From Candidatus Binatia bacterium (lineage in GTDB: Bacteria > Desulfobacterota > Binatia > HRBIN30), in NCBI GenBank assembly GCA_038245295.1, contig JBBRSP010000011.1, positions 128,001 through 192,000 on the forward strand: a stretch of DNA of 64,000 bases. Direction: 5' to 3'. Positions 27,983 to 36,776 of this stretch are shown in pieces. Within the stretch, counting starts at the first letter, position 1. Each line of letters starts with the position of its first letter. The position numbers and the translations under genes were made by a program. The notes under the pieces were generated by a model. It did not search any database and was not told the DNA's origin. It saw nothing but the letters and a program-made list of their open reading frames with translations.

Positions 27983-29287
27983 GTGAAACTGTTGGTCTGG
28001 CTGCTGGTTTTGTACCCGAGCTTGGTTGTTGCGTCCACGATCACCGTCAACACCGCATCGGATAGCGTGGTCTCTGCGGATGCTTCCTGCAGTTTGCGTG
28101 AGGCCCTCAATAACGTGAATGCTGCCGCCGAGACGAGCGGTGGCGACTGCGTCGCCGGAAGCGGTACGGGCGATACGATTGTCTTTGGCTTGACGACACC
28201 CGCCGTGATCAAGCTGCAGCAAGGAGAGCTCACCATCTCACGGGACGTCGCGCTGGTCGGGCCCGTTCCGGGCCTGCCCAAGTTACTGCGAATCGACGGT
28301 CAGAATCGCTCTCGTGTATTCTTGGTGTCGACCGGAACTGTATCTTTCTCGAACCTGACGATCGAGCGCGGTTACGCAAAGGATACCACCGATCTGCTGT
28401 CAAACCGTGGTGGTGGCATCCGCATCGGACCAGCCGCGTCGGTCGAGCTGAACGGCTGTCTTGTGCGGAAGTGCAAATCCGTCGAAGTAAAGCCCGACGT
28501 GGTGCAGGCAAACGCCGGTGGCATCTTCAACGAGGGAACTCTTACGATCAGCGATTCGTTGCTCCAGGGCAATCGTGCCGGGAACGGACCCGTCAGCCTC
28601 GGGGGAGCGATCAATTCAAGCGGCGTTCTCACCGTCGTGCGTACGACATTCGACCGTAATCGAACGGGAGGGCGTGGGGGAGGAGCACTCTGGATCAGCT
28701 ATTCGGGGGTGGCTGCCATTCGTGACTCGTTATTCATCGGGAACAAGGCGTACCACGCCGTTGGCGGAATCGTGGTGTCGACGTGCGGTTTTGAACCGTT
28801 TGACATCACCAACTCGACCTTTTATCGAAACTCAGGGGCCATCTTGTCCTCTCTCGCGACTTTGGGGACCATGACCAATTGCACGCTGAGCGAAACCGGT
28901 CTGGTTATCGTCTCTGGAAGCACAATGAAGGCGACCAATACGATTTTTGGCGCCGGCACATATTGTGCGCATCCGGAGGGCGAGGAGGGCATCGTCTCTG
29001 GTGGGCACAACATCAGCGTCGATCCGTCCTGCGCGCATGGTTCTACCGACCTCATCTTTGTTGATCCAAAACTGATGCGGCTGCGCAACAACGGTGGTTC
29101 CACCAAAACCTTCGCGGTGTGTAGCGGTCCGGAGGCTCCCGTCGGCACGTGTGGACGAGCAAGCCCCGCTGTCGACGCGGGGGACGACGCGGTCCTTGGC
29201 CCACCGTACAGCTTCACCACGGACCAACGCGGCCTGGCGCGGCTGGCGGGAGCCCACGTCGACATCGGCGCCTACGAGAGTCAGTAG
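27983..29287 (+). CDS. Secreted CSLREA-domain beta-helix protein with choice-of-anchor Q-like C-terminus
   Basis: CSLREA motif, GGGI/GGAI/FxxN repeats, DPKL..L.NNGG.T.T, SPAVDAG, TDQRG..R....DIGAYE. Confidence 0.88.
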   Translation: MKLLVWLLVLYPSLVVASTITVNTASDSVVSADASCSLREALNNVNAAAETSGGDCVAGSGTGDTIVFGLTTPAVIKLQQGELTISRDVALVGPVPGLPKLLRIDGQNRSRVFLVSTGTVSFSNLTIERGYAKDTTDLLSNRGGGIRIGPAASVELNGCLVRKCKSVEVKPDVVQANAGGIFNEGTLTISDSLLQGNRAGNGPVSLGGAINSSGVLTVVRTTFDRNRTGGRGGGALWISYSGVAAIRDSLFIGNKAYHAVGGIVVSTCGFEPFDITNSTFYRNSGAILSSLATLGTMTNCTLSETGLVIVSGSTMKATNTIFGAGTYCAHPEGEEGIVSGGHNISVDPSCAHGSTDLIFVDPKLMRLRNNGGSTKTFAVCSGPEAPVGTCGRASPAVDAGDDAVLGPPYSFTTDQRGLARLAGAHVDIGAYESQ

Positions 29288-29402
29288 TTGCCGAGAAAGC
29301 TCGACAGTCTCCTTTGCGGGGACGACGTTGATGACCCTGGCAACTGACTAGACCCATCCAGCGCGCTGCCTTGGCACCGGCCTGTGTGCTAGAGCGGCGG
29401 CC

Positions 29403-30113
29403 ATGGCAACCAGGGCAGTTCTATTCGATTTCGGCGGCACACTTTACGACTATCGGTGTTTCGAGCAGGCGGAGCGGGACAGTTTGATCGAGTTGGCTTC
29501 ATGGTCGGGGGCTCGTGCCGAGCCGGAGGCGATTCTGCAAGCCCACCGCGACTCGATGCGTGAGGTGTTTCGTTCCTACCTGCAGCAACCCTATTTTCTG
29601 CACGGCGATATGTTTCGCGATGCCGCGCTGGCAACGCTGCATCGGCTCGGTGTCGCGGCGGATCAGGATCACCTCGAGCACTATCGCGCCGCCCAGTGGG
29701 CGCGTCATGCGCGTGACTTCCGGTTGCGCGAGGGCGTCGCCGAGACCTTGTCGACGCTCAAGGCGCGCGGCCTTCATCTCGGCATTGTCAGCAACATCGA
29801 TGACGATCAGCTCGATCACCTGATGACCGCGGCAGGGATCGCACCGCACTTCGACTCGCTGCTGTCGAGCGAAGCCGCCGGCTCCTGCAAGCCGGATCAA
29901 GCGATCTATCGCGAAGCGTTGCGGCGCGCCGGATGCGCCGCCGGCGAGGTCCTGTTCGTTGGTGATACGTTGATGCAGGACATTGCCGGAGCCAACCGTG
30001 CCGGCATGCGTTCGGTTTTGCTTTGGCACCGGAGCGACCGCGAGCCGCCGGCTGACGCGCCGCAGCCGGCGCACGTCATTCAATCGATTCCGGAGATTCT
30101 GGATCTTCTGTGA
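29403..30113 (+). CDS. HAD family hydrolase
   Basis: VLFDFGGTL, IVSN, KPD, FVGD...DIAGA. The second Asp of motif I is replaced by Gly. Confidence 0.88.
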   Translation: MATRAVLFDFGGTLYDYRCFEQAERDSLIELASWSGARAEPEAILQAHRDSMREVFRSYLQQPYFLHGDMFRDAALATLHRLGVAADQDHLEHYRAAQWARHARDFRLREGVAETLSTLKARGLHLGIVSNIDDDQLDHLMTAAGIAPHFDSLLSSEAAGSCKPDQAIYREALRRAGCAAGEVLFVGDTLMQDIAGANRAGMRSVLLWHRSDREPPADAPQPAHVIQSIPEILDLL

Positions 30114-31029
30114 GGCGGGCGAGCCACGTGGTTGGGGAACTGGTCGCGAGCACACAGGCACCATTCCACAGGAAATTGCGGCGCGTCGGCGACAGGGTCA
30201 GCTGCCGCCACGCCAGGCTCGACAACTTCTCGACCGGTGCGACACCGGTGTCGATTTCCAGTTTAACGTTGAGCCCGTGATGGTCGGAGTAAGGCGCGTC
30301 GGCGGCTTGGCTTTCGATGCGCACGATTTGCACCATACGCATGGTCCACGTCGGCTTGCGCAAGAGAACATAGTCGATCCACTGCGTCGGCTCCGACGCC
30401 ATGACCGTCGTACCACAGTGGCAGCCGTCACGGTGGCCCTTGGTGACGTCGAGCCAGGTTCCGATGAGAGAACGATAGATGGCGTCATCCGGCGCCGTAT
30501 TGAAGTCGCCGCACGCAACAACCGGGATTTCGGGTGCGATGGCAGCGACCGTTTCGTTGAACTGATCCACCTGGGCGCTGCGGACTTCTGCGTAGGTGCG
30601 TGTGCCGTATTGTGCTTGCAGATGTGTGTTGAGGATCGTCAGCGGCTGCCCGTCCCGTTCCAGCTCGAGTTGGTGGAAACCCTTGTTGGCGTAGCCGTCA
30701 CCTTCCCAGATGCGCCAGACCGGCGCTTCGACGTGGAACGCTGTGAAGCGGCGCTGCCGAATCGCCCAGCGGCTGCGGCGGCGCACGAAGGTCAGCAAGC
30801 CGCCCTGCGAACCGGGGAACCATCCGTGTGGCGGCTCGGCGACCACGTAGGCGAGCTCGAGTTGCGCCACGAGCGCGGCAGCTTCGGAAGGGAACCAGAC
30901 TTCCTGTAGGCACAGGATATCGGGCAACTGCTGCAGGATGTATTCGGCGGCGGCCGCGAAGCGTTGTGCCCGTCGCGGCGCCAGCGGTGGTCCGTGGAGG
31001 TTCCAGGTGATGATGTGTAGGGGGAGCAT
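30076..31029 (-). CDS. Endonuclease/exonuclease/phosphatase family protein (neutral sphingomyelinase-like)
   Basis: ITWNLHG, LCLQEVW, NKG, NTHLQA, GDFN, IDYV, SDH. ATG at 31029. Confidence 0.85.
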   Translation of the reverse strand: MLPLHIITWNLHGPPLAPRRAQRFAAAAEYILQQLPDILCLQEVWFPSEAAALVAQLELAYVVAEPPHGWFPGSQGGLLTFVRRRSRWAIRQRRFTAFHVEAPVWRIWEGDGYANKGFHQLELERDGQPLTILNTHLQAQYGTRTYAEVRSAQVDQFNETVAAIAPEIPVVACGDFNTAPDDAIYRSLIGTWLDVTKGHRDGCHCGTTVMASEPTQWIDYVLLRKPTWTMRMVQIVRIESQAADAPYSDHHGLNVKLEIDTGVAPVEKLSSLAWRQLTLSPTRRNFLWNGACVLATSSPTTWLARLTEDPESPESIE

Positions 31030-31165
31030 CGTCCTCGGTGAAGCTGTCAGAGGTCGGTGGTTGGGTACGGGGTGAGGGATACAGGGTGGATCATCGGTTG
31101 CGTTCCGCGTAACACCAATCGGCCTGCTCTTGAACCCCCGGGTCGGGACAGAGGATAACGGAATC

Positions 31166-31819
31166 ATGGAGATCGATATCGACCGCATTGGTGAAGACGT
31201 GCCGTTGCTCGAGGGCTTGCGAACGACACGCGCGCTGCGTCGTTTGAAGCCGGATCCGGTGCCGACAGCGCTGATTCGCAAAGTGTGCGAGGCGGCGACC
31301 TTCGCGCCGAGTGGCGGCAATCGGCAGCCGTGGTTTTTCATTGCCGTCACGGAAAGCGAGCGGCGTGCTTGGGTAGCGGAGCGTTATCGCCGATATTTTC
31401 TTCACTACATCGCCCCAGCCGTGGAGGCGTCGAAGCAGGCAGACTTTCCGGAAGCGAAGCGCAAGAATCTCCACTCGGCGGTACATCTGGCGCAGCATCT
31501 ACACGAAGTGCCGGTGCATCTGTTTGTCGCCGGCTGGACCCGGCGTGGCGCGGTGCAGAGCCAGGCGCTGTTCCCGTGCATCCAGAATCTACTGCTCGCC
31601 TGCCGCGCCGTCGGTCTCGGCGCCTCACTCACCACGGTGCACTTGGCGTTCCAACGTGAGCTCGACGACTGGCTCGGCCTACCCGAGAATTGCCCCACGG
31701 CCGCGTTGATTCCGATCGGTTGGCCGACCGGCCGCTACGCTCGCCCAGTTCGCCGCCCAGTCGACCAATGCCTCTTTTTTGAACGTCTCGACCCCGCCGC
31801 CTTCCACCGCACCAAATAA
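31166..31819 (+). CDS. Nitroreductase family protein
   Basis: TTRALRRLKPDPVP, APSGGNRQPW.F, QNLLLACRA.GLG..LT, IPIGWP. Confidence 0.92.
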   Translation: MEIDIDRIGEDVPLLEGLRTTRALRRLKPDPVPTALIRKVCEAATFAPSGGNRQPWFFIAVTESERRAWVAERYRRYFLHYIAPAVEASKQADFPEAKRKNLHSAVHLAQHLHEVPVHLFVAGWTRRGAVQSQALFPCIQNLLLACRAVGLGASLTTVHLAFQRELDDWLGLPENCPTAALIPIGWPTGRYARPVRRPVDQCLFFERLDPAAFHRTK

Positions 31820-31903
31820 AAGGGGACAGGACCCTTTGTACGTGCCGACTTTCCCCTTGTTCTGCGGCTTACTCCCACCTGGAAAAGGGGGCAGGACCCG
31901 TTT
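31818..31903. repeat. Two short imperfect direct repeats (AAAAGGGG(A/G)CAGGACCC)
   Basis: aaaaggggacaggacccttt at 31818-31837 and aaaagggggcaggacccgttt at 31883-31903. Confidence 0.55.
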
Positions 31904-31965
31904 GGCGCCCCGGGTGGCTACGAGATCGGCGATGGGGTAGTCGCGACGTAATTAAGGAGTCATCA

Positions 31966-32679
31966 ATGTCCGAATCGATCGTGCGCTACGAACTGCGCGG
32001 CAATGTAGCTGTGTTGACCATGGACGATGGGAAGGCAAACGCGCTTTCCAATCCGATGATGCAGGCGCTGCACGCCGGCCTTGATCGTGCCGAGAAGGAA
32101 GCCAAGGCCGTGCTGTTGGTTGGCCGCCCGAAGCGGCTGTGCGCCGGCTTCGACCTCAGCGTCATGACCCAGAGTCTGGAAGCGATGCAGTCCATGGTGC
32201 TCGACGGTGCCGAACTGTTGATGCGAATGTATCTGTTCCCGCGTCCCGTCGTGATTGCCTGCACGGGCCACGCCCTGGCGGCGGGGGCCCTGCTTCTGCT
32301 GGCGGCCGATCGACGCCTTGGTGCCGCCGGTGACTGGAAGATTGGTCTCAACGAAGTTTCGATCGCCATGCCCTTACCGACCTTCGCCGTCGAGCTGGCG
32401 CGCGATCGCTTGTCGCCGCGCTACTTCGCTGCGGCCACGACCATGGCGCAGATTTTCGACCCGAGTGGTGCGGTCGAAGCCGGCTATCTGGATGCCACGG
32501 TCGAGCCCGGTGTTCTGCTGGATACGGCTCTGGCCGATGCCGAGCGTATGGCGGCCTTACCCGACCCAGCGTTCCGTCTGACCAAGCAACGCGAGCGCGG
32601 CGAGTCGGTGCGCCGCATTCGCGCGACGTTGAAAGAGGATATAACGCAGCTCACAACGCCTCGCCCCCCGGGAGCGTAG
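31966..32679 (+). CDS. Crotonase/enoyl-CoA hydratase family protein
   Basis: MDDGKANAL, AGFDL, ACTGHALAAG, IGLNEV; strong SD TAAGGAG. Confidence 0.92.
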   Translation: MSESIVRYELRGNVAVLTMDDGKANALSNPMMQALHAGLDRAEKEAKAVLLVGRPKRLCAGFDLSVMTQSLEAMQSMVLDGAELLMRMYLFPRPVVIACTGHALAAGALLLLAADRRLGAAGDWKIGLNEVSIAMPLPTFAVELARDRLSPRYFAAATTMAQIFDPSGAVEAGYLDATVEPGVLLDTALADAERMAALPDPAFRLTKQRERGESVRRIRATLKEDITQLTTPRPPGA

Positions 32680-32697
32680 TCACCGAAAGGGTATGGA

Positions 32698-33768
32698 ATG
32701 ATGAATCGACTGACACGTTGTTGTCGTCTCGTGCTGCTGCCCGTTCTTCTCTGCCTCGCTGCGTGCGACCGCGTCGAACAGAAACTGATCGAACGGGCCG
32801 CAGCGCGCAATCTCGTCGCCGACCACACCGAGTTCCTGACCGACGGGAATCTGCATGTGATCCTCTGTGGTACTGGCAGTCCTGTGATCGATCGCGATCG
32901 CGCCGCGGCATGCACTGCGGTGATCGCCGGAAACCATTTCGTCTTGGTCGACACAGGAAGCGCCTCGTGGCGCGAGGTGGCGCTGAGTCATCTGCCACGC
33001 GCCAATCTCGAGGCCGTGTTGCTGACCCATTTTCACTCCGATCACATCGGTGATCTCGGTGAGGCGACCGTGCAGAGCTGGATTTCCGGGCGCACCAAAC
33101 CTCTGGTCGTGTACGGCCCCCCCGGGGTCGAGCGAGTCGTGGCCGGCTTCTCCGAGGCCTACGCGCTCGACAGCGGCTATCGCACGGCGCACCACGGCGC
33201 CGCCGCCATGCCACCGTCCGGCTCTCAGATGGTCGCCTCAACGTTGCCCATCCCCGAGCTCGGCAAGAGTGAAGTTGTCTTCGAAGCCGACGGTCTGCGC
33301 GTTACGGCGTTCGCGGTCGATCACAAGCCCGTCGAGCCGGCGTTTGGTTACCGCTTCGATTACAAGGGGCGATCGGTTGTCGTCAGCGGCGATACGAAGA
33401 AGGACAGCAACGTCGTCACGCAGTCCAAAGGCGCCGACGTCCTCCTGCACGAGGGATTGGCGCGCAACATCATCCTGCCGGTGTCGGTGTACGCGCACGA
33501 GCATGGGTTGGAGCGTTGGGGCAAGTTGAGCAACGACATCACGACCTATCATGCCAGCCCTGTGGATGCCGCCGAGGTGGCGCGCGACGCCGGCGTAAAG
33601 ATGCTGGTGTTCACACACATGGTGCCGGCAGTCTCTAATTTCCTGACGCGTCGTCTCTTTCTGCGCGGCGTCTCCGATACCTTCAGTGGCAAGGTCGAAC
33701 TCGGCTACGATCGCATGCACATGACCCTGGCGCCGAACAGTACCGAGGTGAAGATCAGCTCGATGTGA
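32698..33768 (+). CDS. MBL-fold metallohydrolase (RNase Z/arylsulfatase-like), probable lipoprotein
   Basis: LCGTGSP, THFHSDHIGD, VDH, SGDT, LLHE, YH, THMVP; lipobox-like LAAC. Confidence 0.88.
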   Translation: MMNRLTRCCRLVLLPVLLCLAACDRVEQKLIERAAARNLVADHTEFLTDGNLHVILCGTGSPVIDRDRAAACTAVIAGNHFVLVDTGSASWREVALSHLPRANLEAVLLTHFHSDHIGDLGEATVQSWISGRTKPLVVYGPPGVERVVAGFSEAYALDSGYRTAHHGAAAMPPSGSQMVASTLPIPELGKSEVVFEADGLRVTAFAVDHKPVEPAFGYRFDYKGRSVVVSGDTKKDSNVVTQSKGADVLLHEGLARNIILPVSVYAHEHGLERWGKLSNDITTYHASPVDAAEVARDAGVKMLVFTHMVPAVSNFLTRRLFLRGVSDTFSGKVELGYDRMHMTLAPNSTEVKISSM

Positions 33769-33774
33769 TGCGGT

Positions 33775-36624
33775 TCATCGTTGCACGGCGAAGTCGACCT
33801 GCAGCGCGGTCACATCGTTGCTGTCGTTGACGTCGCCGGACGGTCCCGTCGCGACGAGTAGGACCGTGCAGCGGCCCGGAGCCTTTGCCGTTGCCGACGG
33901 GAAATTAGCCACGCGCAACGTAATCGTCGCTTTGCCGCGAGCCCGGCGGTGGTTGCCGACCCGCACCGTGTTGCCGGGGACGGCGGTCGGACGGTGGAAG
34001 ATCACACCCCCGAGTGTGCCGCTCGGGCAATCACCATCGCTGCCGACAACCGTGACGGCGTGGCCGTCGACATCAAGCGCATCACCGTTCACTACCTTCA
34101 GATGTACCTGGCGACTGATCTCCGACTTGCCTGCCGCAACCTTCACCCGCAACGGAGAGAGACTATCGATCGCGGTCTGATGCCGAACCATCGGGTCGGC
34201 ATCGTGCGCGTCGACGACGTTGATCTCGACCGTCGCCAGGTTGTTGCCGGGCGACGGATCGGCGTTGCCGTTGGCCAGCACCGAAGCGGCGAGGGCAATC
34301 GTGCAGCGAGCTGGTGAGAACTTGTTTTCCGATTGAAATGCCGCCGCCGTGATTCTCAGGGCAATCGTCGCCAGGCTCGTGCGCGCAGCTTCGAGGGTGA
34401 TCGTGTCCTGTTGCCCGGGCGAATTCGGATCGAGGTCGGGTTTGCTGAAGATTGTACCGGGTGGGCAGGTGCCATCCGTGGCTTTCACTTGAATCGTTGC
34501 GGCCGCGCTACCGCCGTTGCCTACCCGCGCGACCAACACTGTCGATACGTCGTCCTGATCGTCGCGCAGGCGCACGGTTTGTGGCTTCGGCGGCACGATC
34601 ACCGCGTCGAAGGTCGACACGGGAGTTGGGCTTGGTGTCGCGGTGATTGTTGCTGTGCGCGTGACACTGGCGGTGCCGGTGCGTGTGGCAGTCCCCGTCG
34701 CCGTGCGCGTTGCCGTGAGACTCGCCGTTGGCGATGGCGGCGGAGTGCCGGTGCGCGTCGGTGTCGGGGCGCCTGGGATCGTCGTCGACGTTCGCGACGC
34801 CGTCGGGCTTGGCCCGACGGGTGAAGGTGTTGCCGTCGCCGCACAGGGCGTCGTCGCCGGCGCGCAGCCAAGCTGGGCATCGCAACTCGTCTGGCACGGC
34901 ACGCTCGGGCCGCATGACTCGACGCGACAGAAGCCCGAGCAGCCGTCGCAATTGGCGGCGTTGCCGCCGTCGCATTCCTCGGGATACTCGATGCGACCGT
35001 TGCCACACGTGGGGCACGGTCGCAGGCAGTCGAGCTCCATGCCGGCCGAACAATACGGCAACGTCGTGATCTGCGCCGCTGGTAGGATGCCGGCGACCCG
35101 GAGTTGCGGTGGCTTTTGCGTCGGTGCGGTCAGGCTCACGACACCGTCCGCACCGGAAGATCCTTGCGAACGCGCCGCGTTGATCGTGCCGTCGACGCGC
35201 AATTGCTCGCGCGCGACTATTTGCAAGAAGCCGGCGGTGCCGGGGGCTCGACCGAGAACCCGCGCGATCGCGCTGACCGTGAGATTGCAGCCGCGCAGGT
35301 CGACGCTGCCGCCGTCGCCGCAGCCATCGACGTCACAAGCGCCGCCATCGACATCGATATCGGCGCCGATGGTCAGCGTGCCGCTGCCATTGCTGCCGGC
35401 CTCAACGTTCACCGAGCCACCGAACCCACCGTTGTAGCGGCCACTGCTGTCGACGCGTCCGTTCATCGTGATGTCGCCCACCACATCGATGTCGATGTCA
35501 CCACCGTTGCCGCCGCCGCTGGCGTCAAGGAATCCGGAATGCACCATCACGGTTGCGCCGCCGATGTCGATTGAGCCGCCGCCGCCGTAAAGGCCATTGG
35601 CGCGAGCCGACACGGTCGAGGTACTCTGGATCTCGATCAGTCCGGCGGCGTTGAGATCAATCTCGCCGCCGTCGGCATCTGGACCGGCCCCTTCGGCGAA
35701 GATGCCGGCCGCGAGGATGAGGTCGCCGAAGGTGGCGGTCAACGCAGCCAAGCCGCCCTCGCCGCCGGCCACGACGTTGTAGTCACTGCCCCTCAGCAAC
35801 ACCGGCGCGGCGACGCGTAAACCCTTTCCCGCCACAACCACGAGCGAACCGCCGCTGCCGCTATCGCCTGTGCCGTTGGCGCGCAGACCGCTTAGCACGA
35901 TGCTGCCGACGGCACTGATCGTTGCCTGCCCGCCATTGGAGCCGCTGATGTCGACCTCGTCGCCCAGAGCCACATCGCCCTGGGCGTTGACGCTCATCAC
36001 CCCGCCACCGATCGTCGACTGGTTGCCGCCTGTCGCTGCGATGATGCTGCCGAGTGAGGTGGTGGTGTTGCCGCCGCTCTCGAAGACAATCCGGCCACCG
36101 GCGCCGCTTGCCGTAAGTTGATTGGCTTCGATGCGACCGGCGATGCTGATCGTTGTGCCGGCGCGCAGCATCACGGAGCCCGCGACTGCGTTGCCTGAGA
36201 CATCAATTCGCGCGCGTGTGCTGCCGTTCTTCTGCAACGTGATGCTGCCGACGGTCTCGATGGTCAGTGCGCCGCCGTGATCCGCCGGGCTGCTGTTGCC
36301 GGTGCCACGTGCATCGATGAAGGCCCCGGCATTCATGATGAGCGAGCCGGCGCGAATGGTCACCGTCGCGTTGGCCGCGCTCAGTACGCTTGTTGTGCCT
36401 AGAACGAGTGGTCGCGTCCCAAAATCGAGTGTGCAGGCGTCGGGGACAGTGAAGGTCTTGTTGATGGTACAGGTGCCTGTTGCCGGGCAGCCGGCATCCT
36501 GCGCCATGACCTGTGCGGCCGTGCAAGCCGTCAAGGCATCGGCGCTTTGGGCCAGAAGAACCACGGTAGCCAACCCCACCAAGCCTGCGATCAACATGGC
36601 GCCAGTATGGCCGCCCGCCGTCAA
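33775..36624 (-). CDS. Large secreted protein: Gly-rich beta-solenoid-like region, myxococcus-type Cys-rich repeat, Thr/Pro linker, tandem unnamed C-terminal domains
   Basis: Signal peptide, GG.I.I.A repeats, CGNGRIEYPEECDGGN...DGCS..C. Paralogous to 47258..49885; C-terminus shared with 36777..38294. Confidence 0.8.
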   Translation of the reverse strand: MTAGGHTGAMLIAGLVGLATVVLLAQSADALTACTAAQVMAQDAGCPATGTCTINKTFTVPDACTLDFGTRPLVLGTTSVLSAANATVTIRAGSLIMNAGAFIDARGTGNSSPADHGGALTIETVGSITLQKNGSTRARIDVSGNAVAGSVMLRAGTTISIAGRIEANQLTASGAGGRIVFESGGNTTTSLGSIIAATGGNQSTIGGGVMSVNAQGDVALGDEVDISGSNGGQATISAVGSIVLSGLRANGTGDSGSGGSLVVVAGKGLRVAAPVLLRGSDYNVVAGGEGGLAALTATFGDLILAAGIFAEGAGPDADGGEIDLNAAGLIEIQSTSTVSARANGLYGGGGSIDIGGATVMVHSGFLDASGGGNGGDIDIDVVGDITMNGRVDSSGRYNGGFGGSVNVEAGSNGSGTLTIGADIDVDGGACDVDGCGDGGSVDLRGCNLTVSAIARVLGRAPGTAGFLQIVAREQLRVDGTINAARSQGSSGADGVVSLTAPTQKPPQLRVAGILPAAQITTLPYCSAGMELDCLRPCPTCGNGRIEYPEECDGGNAANCDGCSGFCRVESCGPSVPCQTSCDAQLGCAPATTPCAATATPSPVGPSPTASRTSTTIPGAPTPTRTGTPPPSPTASLTATRTATGTATRTGTASVTRTATITATPSPTPVSTFDAVIVPPKPQTVRLRDDQDDVSTVLVARVGNGGSAAATIQVKATDGTCPPGTIFSKPDLDPNSPGQQDTITLEAARTSLATIALRITAAAFQSENKFSPARCTIALAASVLANGNADPSPGNNLATVEINVVDAHDADPMVRHQTAIDSLSPLRVKVAAGKSEISRQVHLKVVNGDALDVDGHAVTVVGSDGDCPSGTLGGVIFHRPTAVPGNTVRVGNHRRARGKATITLRVANFPSATAKAPGRCTVLLVATGPSGDVNDSNDVTALQVDFAVQR

Positions 36625-36662
36625 AGCTCAATTCGTTGATTGCATAGCTGCAATGCAGCCAG

Positions 36663-36762
36663 TTCATTTAGCCATTTGGCCAATTAGCCATTTGGTCAGT
36701 TGGTCAGGGCGGGCCAAACGACGACATCAGCAAATGGCCAAATGGCCAACCGGCCAAATGGG
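36663..36762. repeat. Inverted arrays of 8-mer tandem repeats (GCCATTTG / CAAATGGC)
   Basis: About 6 degenerate GCCATTTG units followed by 4 CAAATGGC-like units. Related array at 39507-39546. Confidence 0.75.
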
Positions 36763-36776
36763 ATGGCCTCCTGGCC

